From Balanoglossus misakiensis (taxonomy: Eukaryota; Animalia; Hemichordata), in the NCBI GenBank assembly GCA_040954595.2, contig CM082586.2:6434509-6498508 (forward strand): a stretch of 64,000 nucleotides of DNA, in the 5' to 3' direction. Shown piece after piece: positions 21,297-34,900 of the stretch. The position numbers were made by a program, and so were the translations under genes. The notes under the pieces are model-generated. The model was not told where the DNA came from. It did no database searches and was given only the letters and a program-made list of their open reading frames with translations. How positions within the stretch are numbered: position 1 is the stretch's first letter; every line of letters starts with the position of its first letter.

Positions 21297-24200
21297 ATGG
21301 CGGAGAGGAAGGAGGGAAGGCACAGTTCGTCCCACTCGCGGAGAAAACATCGCAAACGCTGCCGGATTCCCGTGAGTTTCTGGCGTGCAGTCATTGCAGA
21401 ATGCCTCTGCACGTTCTTCTTCATGATCATCGTGTGCGCCGCGCACTTGGAATGGAATGGCGCTGGGATGACCGTGGTGGAAATCTCACTAACTCTTGGG
21501 CTGGCTGGTGAGTAGACACGACAACGTGTTGACAGTTGGGACTTTGCTAATGCAAACTTTGTCAGATCGCTAATGGGGGTCGCGTTCTCATCAAAGAATA
21601 GCTAGCTAAACGTTGCTAGTTTTCTCTGAAAGTGGTAAAAAAATTCGTTCTTAAGTTTTAACCAACACTTTTTAAACTTGTGTGAAGAAAAAGTAAAGTT
21701 GGGATTCCAGTCAAAGTGAAATGTACAAGGCTATTAAACTGTAGCAATGTAGATTTCACAGTTGCGCACGCATATTATAAGTGCGAAAACCAAGTCACTT
21801 AAATTCAACAGTATTCTGGGATCTTATTTATGCTTCGCTTTAAAAAAAAAAACCTATTCATTGCTTTGTAACAATGATTTGTTTCAATAGGGCTTCCCGA
21901 TTCACAGTGGCTAGTTCAAAATTTCGCAATTCACTAAAACAGCAAACATGAATAGTTTTAACTTCCGGAGCCGAAGAATAGCAGCAAGTCTTATTCATTC
22001 ATCTGCGATTGTAAAGGCATTACCCCTGAACAACCGTGTGACAGTCAACATTATTAAAAAGACGTTTCATCGCGAACTTGGGCCTGTCGTGTTGTCGTTC
22101 GCGAACGCCGCCAAGCAGAACCCCTCGTCGCGGCAAAATCTCAAAGGTGTTTTCGCTGAATGAAATGCGAGTGAGTGTTTATTGAAAGCGATGTTTGACC
22201 CATGTGCACGTGCGCAAACAGAACTCCGGTATTTGACGTGTTGAGTGAAGTTGAACAGTTGTCAACATGCAATGCATGCGTTAGAACCGTTGAGCTGCAG
22301 TTGTACATACTGTACATGTACCACGGCTTTCCGAACATCAATAACTACAAGCTTTTAAAGTTGTCTCGATCCACGCGACCATGCCCAGCTCCGAAATGCT
22401 ATGGGCCCCTGAAAGGATTACGTAATTGACACAGAGCCCACCCAGGGGCTTGAAAATAAATTTGTCATTCAAGTGTAAGCAAATATATGCAATAAAAGAA
22501 GCTGTCAGAAAATCGTTTTACAGCCTGAGAAAAAATATGACAGTGCTAAAAGTACAGTGTAATTAAACCATCTCTTTTCTATTTACGAGTGTCTATCAAA
22601 TTCAAAAGATTGCAACGTTAACTTTTGTCCTTCATGGATGAGTTGCCAATCAACAAAATAGTTTCTGACTAATGAAAAAACATTTATAATTGACCTGCGC
22701 AACGCTTGACTGGGTAAAATTGACATGGCTCTGAAGGTTGGTTTATATATATTTAACTATATTAAATTACAGAGGGCTATCAGCATGAGACTTGTGTGCT
22801 CTGGGCAAGTGATATATGAAGATTTATCTTTTATGAACGCCCAAGGAAATCAAACGACATGCAATAAAACTGACAAATTCAATAAATTTCAATTCTTCAC
22901 ACAAGAACGGCACATTCACAGTGTCCTTCTGACCCCACTTATATCAGTTGATACTTTCCACGTGTTTTCCATTCCGTCTAATCAAGCTAGAATGTCCGTA
23001 AAATTTGCTCCGTGATGTCTGCATGGCACAAACATTTCACTGAGGATACTTCCAACAATGTGCTCATGTATGTACAACACACACTGCACTAGAGGCAGGC
23101 TGTGTAGGAATTGGTCTGATTTTTGGCAAAATTCAATCTGATTGAAATCTGACATAATCAAAATCAGTCTTTTCACTTCAATCATATTGTGGTCTGTACA
23201 CCAAAAGTTACAACGACGCTTTAGGAAAACTTTTTTTAATTAAAAAAAAACGTGCAAAACTGATAAGACATCGCTACCCAAAACCCAGTGGCACAACAAT
23301 AAACAAGTTTCCTGTAAGTATAAACCACGAACAAATTATGGGCGTGATGTATGTGCCCGAAAACAGGCAGTGTTTTCAAAGACGCACAAAGGTTTAGATG
23401 ACCTGTGACACTGTGGGAGCAAAGGTCACTGCGAGGTCACATAAACAGTGCCACTCCACAAAGTAAGAAGTCATGTTATTTTTACAAAATTGACAAGTTT
23501 ATTGGCTTTCTTGTGCATTAGATCCATTCCATGTAATTGTAGGTTCAATGTTTTTGTGTCATCAGTTATTTTATTTGAATTTCAGTTTTTGTCTTTTGAG
23601 ATGGACACAATAATTACAATCATGTGTACCTATATGTATGTGACCCATCATAGATGATTCAAGTACAGACATATTGATAATCTGGGGAGTAGTCAAATAT
23701 GTACATTATGATGATATTGGGCGAATGTAATACAGATGGTCGACCTAAAAATGCCCAAACTGTACACTAAAAAGTAATTCTCAGTGATAGTTTCTGCCTG
23801 CATAAGCATTTGTGTCAACCCAAAGTAGACAGTCGAAACTCGCAGAGTACAATGGATGGGGTCGTTAATCAAAGGACAGGTGTTCCAGCATAGTGATACA
23901 AGGTTTTCTTTAGTCGTTGGGTTATTATCTTCCGGCAGATTTCACCTCTGGTCCACTTTGCCATCGCTAATAATGCCACGCTAGTACACTCTCATTATTT
24001 CGGCGTTGTTCGTATGTTCGGCACGTGCGAAACCTTCCATCTCATAAGTTTCTGAGCTCCATGTACAATGGATTTGGTCCGGCTGCGTGCATTTGGGGTC
24101 CCGACCCTGGTTCCTTCAGTTTATCCATTAGTCATGAAATTCCATTGTACCGATCGATGGCTGATCAAATCAGTCTCTTTTCAGTTTTAAGTGAGGGTTT

Positions 24201-27200
24201 ATAAGCTTGGCATCTGGTAAATAGCCCAAAGTTTCTGCTATGAATGTCTCAAAGCTGTAATGTACATGTGTGTACATGTATATGAGAAATCGGTATACTC
24301 AGTGCAGGAAACTTTTTTTGGTGGTTCACATCCTATAAGTAAAATGTCTCTGTTCCTCACACCACTCTGACCAGAGGGTGATGTCTTTACTAAAAATCTA
24401 AGCTTGGTTCGTGGCCACTAACACAGGTATGACTGCATGCCATGTAGCTGTAACAGAGGTGATGATGTAGCTGTCAGTGCTGAAAGGTTCAACTGAATGT
24501 AAACACCTCTATCTGGTTAATAGTTTGTGTAGTGGTTCTAGTGCATGTATGTGTCAAGTGGTGTAGACAGCAGATGAGGAGGGGGGGGGCAACCAGGAGA
24601 TATATAAGTGAATCCCCAAGCACCGGGCTGTGACCTCTCCACAATACAAAGGGGGGAGTCTTTTCTCCCGGTGACTGTGTCATCAAGACAGTGGCGGTGT
24701 TTACAAGGGAGACTTTTGTTTGGGTCATTACGCTAAACTGAAGTCATCTTCAAAGGTTGGTGTTTAACATTAATGGCCTTGGTGTCCCATACAGCAGAGC
24801 AGGTGCAGACGTCTGAATGGGGGAAACGCTCAGAGCAGTTTTTCTTCTTGCATTCCATGGCTGATGTCTCGTTGCGAATTTATGTGCATTTCACACAAGT
24901 ACTGTCTGTGTGAGAGAGAGTCCATTATGGAATTTATCCCCTGGCTGGAGCATGCTAGTCTAGCATCCAGTTGTGTTTTGTCCACTTTGATCCAAAACTT
25001 TGGAAGAAAAGTGGACAATTAAAACAGTGCTCAGTGTATAGACTTAAGATCATGCATGCTGATTGGCCTAATAATACCCATTAGTAATTAGCCTGTATAG
25101 TCTGCAAAGTGTTTGGAGTCTTTTTTAACATTTTTGCCTGATTTAACTTGCTGGTCGGTTAATGTGTCAGCTGAAGGTAACACACCGGTTCATGTTAACT
25201 AAACTCCACTCTACAACTTACTATTTGCCAGCTCTTCTCACAGCAGAAATTCTACTCTAGAATCCAGACATATGTCCCCCAAACACACTAGTCTGGATTC
25301 TAGACCATAGAAATCAGGACAACTTTCACCAATACAGTGCTATGCTAAATAACCACCCAGGGAAGTTTTCAAATTGGCCAAAGCGCCTGATGGTAATGAG
25401 CACACATACAGGGCTTTTATGGTGGATTGAAAGACTCCATCACAAAAGTGTGGCATTTGTAGTGTAAGGAACTGCAGTGTCTAATCCCCCCAGGGATGAG
25501 GGGAGCTGTTATTGTCCCCCCAAATTCCTCAAATGCCAGAAATACCCCCTCAGTTCTTAATCCTCCTTTCACACTAATTTCTTTGAACAAAAACGTTAAC
25601 GAATGAAGCTGAGGATGGCTAGGCTTATTTAAAATTTACATTGCAGTTATCCAAGAGTTTTACCATCATGAATTATCAGAGTACATAAAAGGTACCCTAA
25701 CTAGCTAATTTTGTCCTCCATGGAGAGTTAAGCAGCCAATATTTGTCTCCTACTGATAAATCTATAGTCTAGTAGCTGTTGTGAAAATCACTCAATAGCA
25801 GAGAGAAAACTTCCCTTGTATTTGATAAGAGGGAAATATTTATGAAAGACTAGAGCAGGATTCTGAGCGGTGTTCGGTTGTTTTGGCTGCACATTGCCGA
25901 TTGTTGCGTTATGTGGTTATAACTTTGCACTCTGCTGGGGCCATCTTTGCTCAGCAGAACCTGGGGCTGTGCTTGGGTCTTATGCAGGGTGGGTCGACTC
26001 ACTGGGAACCACATGTATTCATGTATTGACTGAAAACAGGCATGTCTTCACTGCGCAGTAATCACAGACATATTGCCATAAAGCCTGGAAGATAATGTAC
26101 TTGTAACGTCAAAAAAACATTGACTTTGTCCCTTTAACTTTGATTGTACAGTGTCTCTGGATTGCAGCCAACTTTAATGCACAACATCCGAGAGGCAGAG
26201 AAATCTCAAAGGAGCCTTGTTCATTCACAATACTTACAATACAATGCACAATGGACATTATTTATTATTTACATGTTCTGCTCCGCTTAATGTATCTTAA
26301 CTTGCTGTTGTTCGATGTTTGAACAATACGGGTTGTGTGATTGATTGATCGATTGATTGAAAACACCTTGGCACGTCAACAAAAGGGGAATACTATGCAA
26401 ACACGGCACAGACTGTAGAGTGGGAACTCATTGGTAATGTTAACCCTTGGAGGAGTTCTGGACATAATTCACTGATAATGAGAGACTTGCTCGACCAGAC
26501 ACAACTTGAAAAGCTGAACATTGATTGTTGAGAAAATCAATGTCTGTGATTTTTGGGTCTGTGAACTCGGAATCATTCTCGTGTATAGTATCTAGTCTGG
26601 TTTTGTCCGCTTCTGTCAGGAGTGCAGTTTTTCAGAGGTTTCAGATTTTGTTTATTCAGTCTGGCAAAACTACAGAAATGTAGGGTAGATTCTTATAGAC
26701 TAAACTATCAGTATGTGGTCTTTGTATTGAGACATGTATTTGACTGAGAACAGTCTCTGACCTGAACAGACTATAGGGTTTCAACGATTGCTATTTGCAG
26801 ATCACTTTTTGGTTTGTTTGGGCCCGGGCCATGGTATTACTTACCCACTCCACCCTCATTGTCCATGATCACTTACACGTGCTAAATGTCTATTTACCCA
26901 CAGGCCAGACTCTCGCCCCAAATTCAAGGTTTACCTTGAGAGCTTTTCAGGGGATTTATACTGTGACCGCGTTTACATGTATATGTATACAGAAAATTCT
27001 TGGCCAGCTGTCTGCTTGCTGTTGAAGAGAAAGTGATCCTTTTCAGCTGTGCGTTTGTGGGTTTTTTTGGTCGTAGTGTTTCTTTCTTGTTTTGTTGAAC
27101 CACTTTAATAGTCACTTCTTGTATCAAAAACTGGATATTTGTAGTTTTTCTGGAACTGTTCAAAGATGCTGGCTGTTGATCAGACCCCCGTTGCCTAGGT

Positions 27201-30200
27201 GATTGTAGGTCATATGCCGAACTCTGTAAATATTTGCGTGCGTGCATTCTTTCACCCCTGTTTGCTTCCCAGCAACATGCAGTTCTGTGGAGGGATTTGC
27301 TTGTTATTTTAATTGATCAAAGCTGTTCTGTCAGCTAGAGCTGTAGCTAGTACAACAAACAAGAGCTTTCCTACCTCCCTGGGCAGATGTCAAGTAGAAG
27401 TAGAAGTTTGGATCTTTCAGCAAAATATGTTTCAGTTCATGTGAAACTCAGTGATGATCAAAGTGTGTAGTCAGTGACTGGCTGATTGCATGCCCAAAGT
27501 TTTACTGCTATTTCAGCTGGATAGCTGAGGAGATCTTTCACATATGCGTGTATGTGTACATGTGATTTAGAAATCAGGAGTCATCGTTAGAAATTGTATT
27601 ACTGACTCTCAATCTCTAAGATTTGTCTGTACGGATATCACTCTTATGTCTGATAGGCTCTTTGCTCTTGCGACGTATTACTATCGTCCAGAGTTGGACG
27701 AAGCAAATTTATTGCTGCAGCAAGTAAAAGTGAACATGAGACCATAAACCACAAGCTGGTTCAAAAAAGAGCTGGTTGCTCTTTTGAACCTGTCCCGATA
27801 AACTCTCACCATCGCTGAAAGTTGGAAGATAAAGAACTGAAGTGATGATCACACATTGACCACCACATGTACCGCAATCAAGTAGTTGGGGTACCCATGA
27901 CAACAAGTGGTTTTGTAAGAAGCTTGGGCAATAGCATTCGTATGAATTTCAGAACGTGTCTTGAGGACAAAAAATTAATTTGTGTCCTGTAACTCCTCAA
28001 GATTTTTATTTTCTGTTTTTTTGCAGTGATTACACTCATCCAGTGCTTTGAGCACATCAGTGGAGCTCACATGAATCCGGCAATATCGGCCAGTATGCTG
28101 TTTGCCAGGAAAATCGGAATCCTGCGCGCCATATTCTACATGGTCGCGCAGTGTCTGGGAGCCATTACCGGTACAGCTGTTATGACCGGGTGAGTTGTAG
28201 GAGACGGTCGCCTGTGGCGATGAAATATTCATGTGATGAAGTCTGGTGACCACTTCATGAAATGAACATTATCGTTATAAACCAGGAAGGGGTTTGCTTC
28301 CTGTTGTGTCTGGATTTCTGAAATGGACATCAGCGTTATGACTGAAATGTACAATAACCTTGTGACGTGAATGCATCATTTCAGTTGCTCAGGTGCAATA
28401 CATACATATTGATTCTTGAGAATTCCAGAGAATGTGATTACAGTCAAACCTGTCTATAGTGGCCAGTCAAGGGACTTTCATACACTGGCCTTTATAGACA
28501 GGTGGCCTTTATAGACAGGTCAATTAATGCACATGTAAGTTGCACATGGACTGTAACATAGTGGCCACTGTATAGAGCTGGCTGGTATAGAGGTGGCCAC
28601 TAACACAGGTTTGACTGTATTTGTTTGATATACATGTACATGTACTTGTATGTTATTATTTGTATCTGACTGAGGATGCGTGTGACTACAGATAATTCAG
28701 CATGCTTCAATGACAGCAAAACTGAAGGAACTTCTCACATCAGCAAGAATTATTCAAAAGAGACTCAGCATGTGACATTGTCTGAAAAATGATTGACATA
28801 ATCATTAATTTTGATGATGAATATTATAAACTAGAACTAATTTTCATCCGCAGGTTTGCTCCGGGAGACATCCGAGGGAATCTGGGCATGTCCTATTTAT
28901 CCGACTTGGTTTCTCCGTTGGGAGGTTTCGGAGTGGAGTTCCTCATCACATTTATCCTGGCATTCACAGTCCTGGCATCCACGGATCCGAACCGGAAAAT
29001 TCTTGGCACGTCTGCGTTACCTGTGGGAGCAGCATATGCCATGAACACACTGTGGGCAGTAAGTACTGTAAAACACTTCATTTTCGCAAGTTGAAATTTT
29101 CGCGATCTCGAGAGAGGCAACTGTTTCGCAAGTATTAATTTTTGCGTTCTCTTATTTCATTCACTGCATCGTTAATAAAAAAAAAATTATGCGACTTTTA
29201 TTTTCACGCTATTTTGGCTCTCGCGTATTTGGCGAAAATTTGTTGCTCGCGAAAATAAAGTGTTTTACAGTACCATATACACACATGTTGGATTTCTGTG
29301 TACAGACGATGATAGGTTGCCTTGCGGTGTGCTGTGTGATATTGGGCACTGTTTATATGAAGTCTTTGACAGCCCTATAAACAGTGGCCAAGAAAAGAAC
29401 CATCTTGGTGTGGTGTTAAGGACATTTGTCCTTCGTTATATTATCAAATTGCTGTAATGTTTTGACTTGCTATTGCCCTTCTAAGAGGGTGTGGTCTGTT
29501 TAACCCTTTCAACACCATGGTTTGGTCCAAACCTGTTGTTTTCTGTGGTAATTAGCTGCAGCTGGACCTCTATAGTTGGAAATGGGGATGAAAAGAAAAG
29601 TTGAAAATCAATGAATTCTGGTCAAAAATGATCATATGATGCTTTATGTGTGGATAGATAGGTTACTGTGGAAACAAGCCATCATCATCACATAGAGTCA
29701 TCGCATGAAGAATTTGCGTCAGTGTTTCAGAATTAGCCATCTTCAGATGATTTCTTGTTTGCCGGAACGTTATGTTAAGAATTCATGCTGTCTCCACACA
29801 TGGTGTTCCAACAACTATAAACATGACCAACAAGAACATCAGTGGCTATTTATTTCACTCAGCACATCATCAACTTTGACCAGGGCTAGCAAAATGTGTC
29901 CATAATTCCTCAAGTTTTAGGCTGGCCCCAAATCTCCCCCTTTTATTAATTTGCTGGAGCTTATCAGAAATTTTACACTTATATCTATAAGTTGCTATAT
30001 TTAGCTGCACACTTCAGTTCATGTGACCCAGAGTTGGCCTTCATCTAAGGACACACTATATTGACTTTTCTCACAGAGATGCGTGCGCTGAGGCTTAGCT
30101 GAGCACAATTCTCTGGGAACAGCAAATAACTTTATGATCGTTATTATAATTTTATCATCAAGAGCAGTGGGGTTTGATTTCAAATGCTTGACCCTTGTTG

Positions 30201-33200
30201 TAATTGATCCGCATGCTTCAGATGTGGCCCCGATAGGATAAATTCACTCAAGCCCTGAGGCCTTCATACTGTGATTGATGTTGATAATTGATAGAAAACA
30301 TAAAAATGGTTACATTTTGTGCCGATAGTGTACAGTGAATTTCTTGTTCGAAGGGGGCAATAAGGTTCCCATGTGTTCTTCTGAACAAAATTTGGAACAA
30401 TTTAGAAAAAATACCGTCATTTTAAACAATATTGAAAAAATATTTTGAGAATAATATTTGGTGAGGCAATAACTTCATCCATACTAAGTTCATCTTGTTT
30501 GTTGTGACATGTTGATTGTTTCGTACATACATTTCTCAAGAAAATATGTTTTGTACATTTCTTGAGAAAAGCTCGAATTACCAAAAGATTCCAGACATGA
30601 TTCTTGTGACCTTGTAATTAGCTGTGTGTGTTTGGCATTTATTTTTATGTGTCTGAGTCACTGGAAGTAATTTAATCAACATTAAATGGGGGGGGGGGGG
30701 GGGAATGACCCTCTTTGATTTATTTGGGGTCGTAAAAAGCCTGGGTTACAATAATTCAAATGTGAGGACTTTCAACTTTGTCTTGTCTGGGTGTAAATCA
30801 CTGGGCAGGGATGGTTCCAACCAAGCATGGAATGTGTTGTTGTCCGAGTGTGCGCCATAGCTGAGGGGCCAATAGGGAACTTGATAGCCCGTCAAAGGCA
30901 TGGCAACAATATCACTGTGACATTGAGTAAATACCAGCTGTAATCATTTGTATCATTTGATGGTGTGTGATGCACTGATGAGGTACTGAGTGCTGGTGTT
31001 CTCACAGTTATACAAGTGTGTGTGTTGTCGATGCTGGCTGTTATACATGTAGTTGAGAAATGGCGGTCACTTCAATACCATAGCCAACTTGTCGTCACTT
31101 TTCACATAATGAACTTTTACCATATTTTTTTCCTAAAATTTTGATCAAGACCTACAGACAATGTAAAGTTGTGTCCACTTTGTCTAGAATTAAGGGGGAA
31201 AATACGGAAAATCGTGTGAAAATCACGTAAATGTTGCACCAAATTTTGACAGCAAATAATGTGGCGTTCAAAGGGTTAAGACAAGAACTTCTAGTGTCTG
31301 TTCGAAGAAGTTCAGCGGCCAATATGAAGGTGATCGTTTACAGTTGGTGTGTGTGTTTTGTTGATTGGGTCGCAGTGCTGAGCCCACAAAGGAGGCCTGT
31401 GTTTTGATGTGTGTTGACGATGGTGTTGCAGATGTTGTCCAGAAACTGTGCTGATATTGTTCCTGACAACGTGGTCCCCCAAAACGGCACAAAATTAAGT
31501 GCAGAGTCATGGCTGTCACAGATGGAAGCCATCAGAAGCGCTAATGGCCAAGGCACTCCATGGTGGGATATTTCTCAACCGCTTGCCTGAAAAGGCCGGA
31601 CCACTTCTGATCGTGCGGTCCTTTGGGTCTCAAGGGTTGGCTAAAATCACTTGTGGTCAACTACAAGTCTGCTTTGTTGGCACATAGGTGCTGCCATAGC
31701 AGTGGTTTGATTATAGCCCTGGACTGCATGTGTCTTAAAATGACCATGTGGTAGACACTTGAAGATCATCAAAACGCCCAAATCATCCAAAGCTCTCTCG
31801 TGTAGGTTAATAAAAATGGTGACTTTCCCATCACTCCCTTACAAAGTACATGTAGTCTGTTCAGCATTATCACCCTGGACAATATCATCAGAAAAATAAG
31901 GTGATCTTTTGTCCGTGTATTTTTAGAAAAAAAACCCTCCTAACTGTTGACAAGGAGATTTGTGTATACATGCCCTAATAGTTGTTAATTCAAGATTGTG
32001 TCCCAAGTGAAACTACACCGACAACAGTGGAAATTGTGTCGGGAACCAGCAAAGCGTAGAAAGCCTGTCCAGAGGAGAGTTAAAAGTCTCAAGAGAACTG
32101 CCCAGGTGACTGTCCCCGCTCAGATTTACAACCCTTAATGAAGCATACCTGGGTGGCCAGCCATTGAAGCATAGCAATCTACAATACAAGTTCATCAAGT
32201 GGCAACACCGTTTCACGTGGCATTGTACAGTACTGTACAGAAAAATTGTTTTCTTCTGATTGACCGACAGTCAGGGGCTATAACAATGGGTCGGCCATGG
32301 CTGTGTTCTTGACAGTGTTTCTGTAATAGTGTGGGTTATTGTTCATGTTGCCTGATGTTGTCTGTATCTGTATGCTAACGAGTTAACTCGCTGCAAGTGT
32401 GGCAATACACTAGTATATACTTCTGCAGTCATCACATGGCTGTTGTCAGTTGATCTGGTTGAGTTGTAGCTTCCACTGAAGTCAGAAACTCCACTGCAAA
32501 GGGATGGTTTGACGTGACCTCAAAAACGGGGTCAGCGTACGACACATGTTTCATAATATTGCTAATGTTTACCCTGGTGACATTTTATCACTGCATTCTA
32601 TCTGTACGATGTTGCCGTAGAAACTGACTGGGTGCCGGTTTATTTCCTCCAGTGCTCAGGTATACAATGTATGCACACACAGAAAATCTGGCTAGGACTT
32701 GATAAGATTGGGTACTAATAAAACAGCGCTTTTGTGGTAAACGTTCCAGTGATTCTCACAGTAAAAAGCACTACAACAAAGAGCTGTTAGGCCACTTTAT
32801 CATCACGGACCCATAGCGTTTCAGCCAGCCATTTCATACACCCCTCCCTCCTAATCTATTAACTTTAGCACCATTGCTATAATTATATGGCTTGTAATAC
32901 GGCCCGCATCTCGGGTCATGCGCCCGTGACCTCATCCGGCGAGGAGAGCATCAGTAATCTACTCTTGAAGGCAGATCTGAAGCTGTCCTGTGAAACGGGA
33001 TACACTCCCATACTCTTAACTTTGTTTCTTTATTAACTTTTATCGATAGCGTTATCGCACCAGAAATTCCTGGTGGATTAGCTTCGTACTCCCAGTCATG
33101 GCTGAGGGGTCTATGCGTGTCTGTAAGAAAGACTATCACCCGATTGCTTGGCAGTTATTAAATGGGGTCTTCCGGGGATGATAATTTGAAGTGACTAGAG

Positions 33201-34900
33201 GCAAAACACGAGGGTTCATTTCACCAGGAGATTAAAAGCTTTGCTCAGTTGATCTTACGAAAAGACTAGAAACATTCTTATTGTATGTTGTGTAATATGG
33301 CGATTTTACTGACCAAAAAAAATTCTCAATATGTGGGGATGACTATGGACACATTCTAATTGTGGGTCGTGTAAAGTGGTGCAATTTTGCAGACCAAGTT
33401 TTGTTGATCAATGTGTGGGGATGACAGTGGGGTTGTACGAGTTTAATTTATAACACAGTGTGAGGTGAACCCATTTTGATTTGTGAAATAGCAGTAGTGA
33501 TATTGCTGTTGGGAATCCGGGGTTTGTGGTGTTCCAAAGTCACCAGAGATGCAGGTCGACCTCTGAATTTGCACGCAGTCAGCTTTGATTGGTTTTACAA
33601 CGCAGGCAATGATTTTACAACACAGGCAATATGACACATAATTGACGTGTGTAATGTAGCAACCTTGAGATCCTAGCAGCCCTCACCACTGGGGTCAGAG
33701 ATCCAGTCGAAAGTTTGTTTGTATTAAAAACATCAGTCTGTCAAGCTCTGCCCAGCAGGTGAATTCTGCAGCCAGGGAATATCCAGCTGTGGTGGGAAAG
33801 AGTGGAAATCCAGGGCTTACTGCCTACGATTGTGGGGATTGATGACACACGCAGGCATCTTTGACCCAGCTATTTGTTTTCTTTTCCAAGGATTTCATAT
33901 TAAGCCCTTCGCATCTGAGCTTCCTTGAAATACAATATTTTCGTTGCATGGAAGCTGACTTAGACCAATGAATAGAAGCAGTCAAACTACAGAAGTATAT
34001 TCTCATCACACAACCAAATGTAGCTTTTGGTACATGATTTCTGTTTCTTTAAGTGGTTGAAAAAGATTAAAACTGAGTCTAAACTATTAATGTTTCTTTC
34101 CTTACAGTATAATTTCACGGGAGCCAGTATGAACCCTGCCAGGACGCTTGGACCGTTTCTGGTTCTGAACATGTGGGAAGACCACTGGGTAAGTACATGG
34201 CATAGTATCGATATCCAAATGATAAAAAAAGTCATGTAAATTGGGGCGGCTCATGGGGCTTTAAAGGGACAAAGTCTCTCTCTAGCTGCCCTTTTCCCAT
34301 TAATTATGTTTGATACAAGATACCGTTTATGTCATTCTACATGTGTATGTGTAGTGAATCAATGTTCGACCACACACACCTTCCATCCCACTTGTAGACA
34401 CGAGAGTGAAATACTCGCCTAAATGAATAATCGGTGTTTACTATTTATTCATTTTGGCGGGATTTTTACTCTCATATCCTACAAACGGGATGGAAAATGT
34501 GCGTGGTCGAACGTTGATTCACTATACATCCACATATACAATAACATAAGCAGTTCCTTGTATCAAACGTAATTAATGGTAAAGGGGCAGCGAGAGAGAG
34601 ACTTTGTCCCTTTAACAAAAACTGGAATATAAACATATAATGTATTTCTTCTGATTGCAGATCTACTGGGCTGGTCCGTTTGCCGGGGCCTGCGTAGCAG
34701 CGGTGGTTTACGTGTACATATTCGACCCCAGCATCGAAATGAAGTCGTCGTCCTCCTCCAAGTCGAAAGAAAGAAGCAACCGAGAAAACTCCGAGACGTC
34801 GGCCAGCCTGGGAAGCAGCAGCCACCTGTACAACAGCGAGCCCAGCATCACTCTGGACATTCCCTCTCCCAACAGCAAGCAGTATGAGGTGTCGGTGTGA
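21297..34900 (+). CDS. Aquaporin 1 of cluster (MIP family, AQP4/big-brain-like; 5 exons, about 299 aa)
   Basis: Exons 21297-21507, 28027-28189, 28854-29058, 34108-34188, 34661-34900 (900 nt). Motifs [39 protein letters not shown]. Ends YEVSV*. Confidence 0.93.
23399..23447. promoter_or_regulatory. Composite DR1/DR5 nuclear-receptor element in aquaporin 1 intron 1
   Basis: AGGTCA-ctgcg-AGGTCA (23423-23439, perfect DR5), overlapping GGAGCA-A-AGGTCA, upstream TGACCT-G-TGACAC and downstream forkhead-like ATAAACA. Confidence 0.45.
28441..28617 (+). mobile_element. Tc1/mariner (pogo-like) MITE (family 2, copy 2) in aquaporin 1 intron 2
   Basis: TA flanks. TIRs CAGTCAAACCTGT..TAGTGGCCA ... TGGCCACTAACACAGGTTTGACTG. 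Internal TGGCCTTTATAGACAGGT repeats. An end fragment also occurs at about 24411-24436. Confidence 0.85.
29066..29270. mobile_element. Tc1/mariner-type MITE (family 1, copy 2), next to the donor of aquaporin 1 intron 3
   Basis: TA flanks, CTGTAAAACACTT...AAGTGTTTTACAG termini. Colinear with 15437-15644. Confidence 0.88.
29500..29600 (+). mobile_element. About 100-bp interspersed repeat with TTAA-CCCT ends (piggyBac-like MITE family), degenerate
   Basis: TTAACCCTTTCA.CACCATGGTTTGGTCCAAA...GGACCTCTATAG..GGAA.TGGGG.TGAAA. Related copies at about 36040-36130, 17446-17480, 19200-19268 and, inverted, 14008-14065 and 14926-15002. Confidence 0.65.
34265..34611. mobile_element. Fold-back (fully palindromic) MITE with TTAA flanks, Kolobok-like, in aquaporin 1 intron 4
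   Basis: TTAA-AGGGACAAAGTCTCTCTCT ... AGAGAGAGACTTTGTCCCT-TTAA. The arms align as imperfect reverse complements for about 165 bp up to a short central loop near 34438. Confidence 0.9.
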
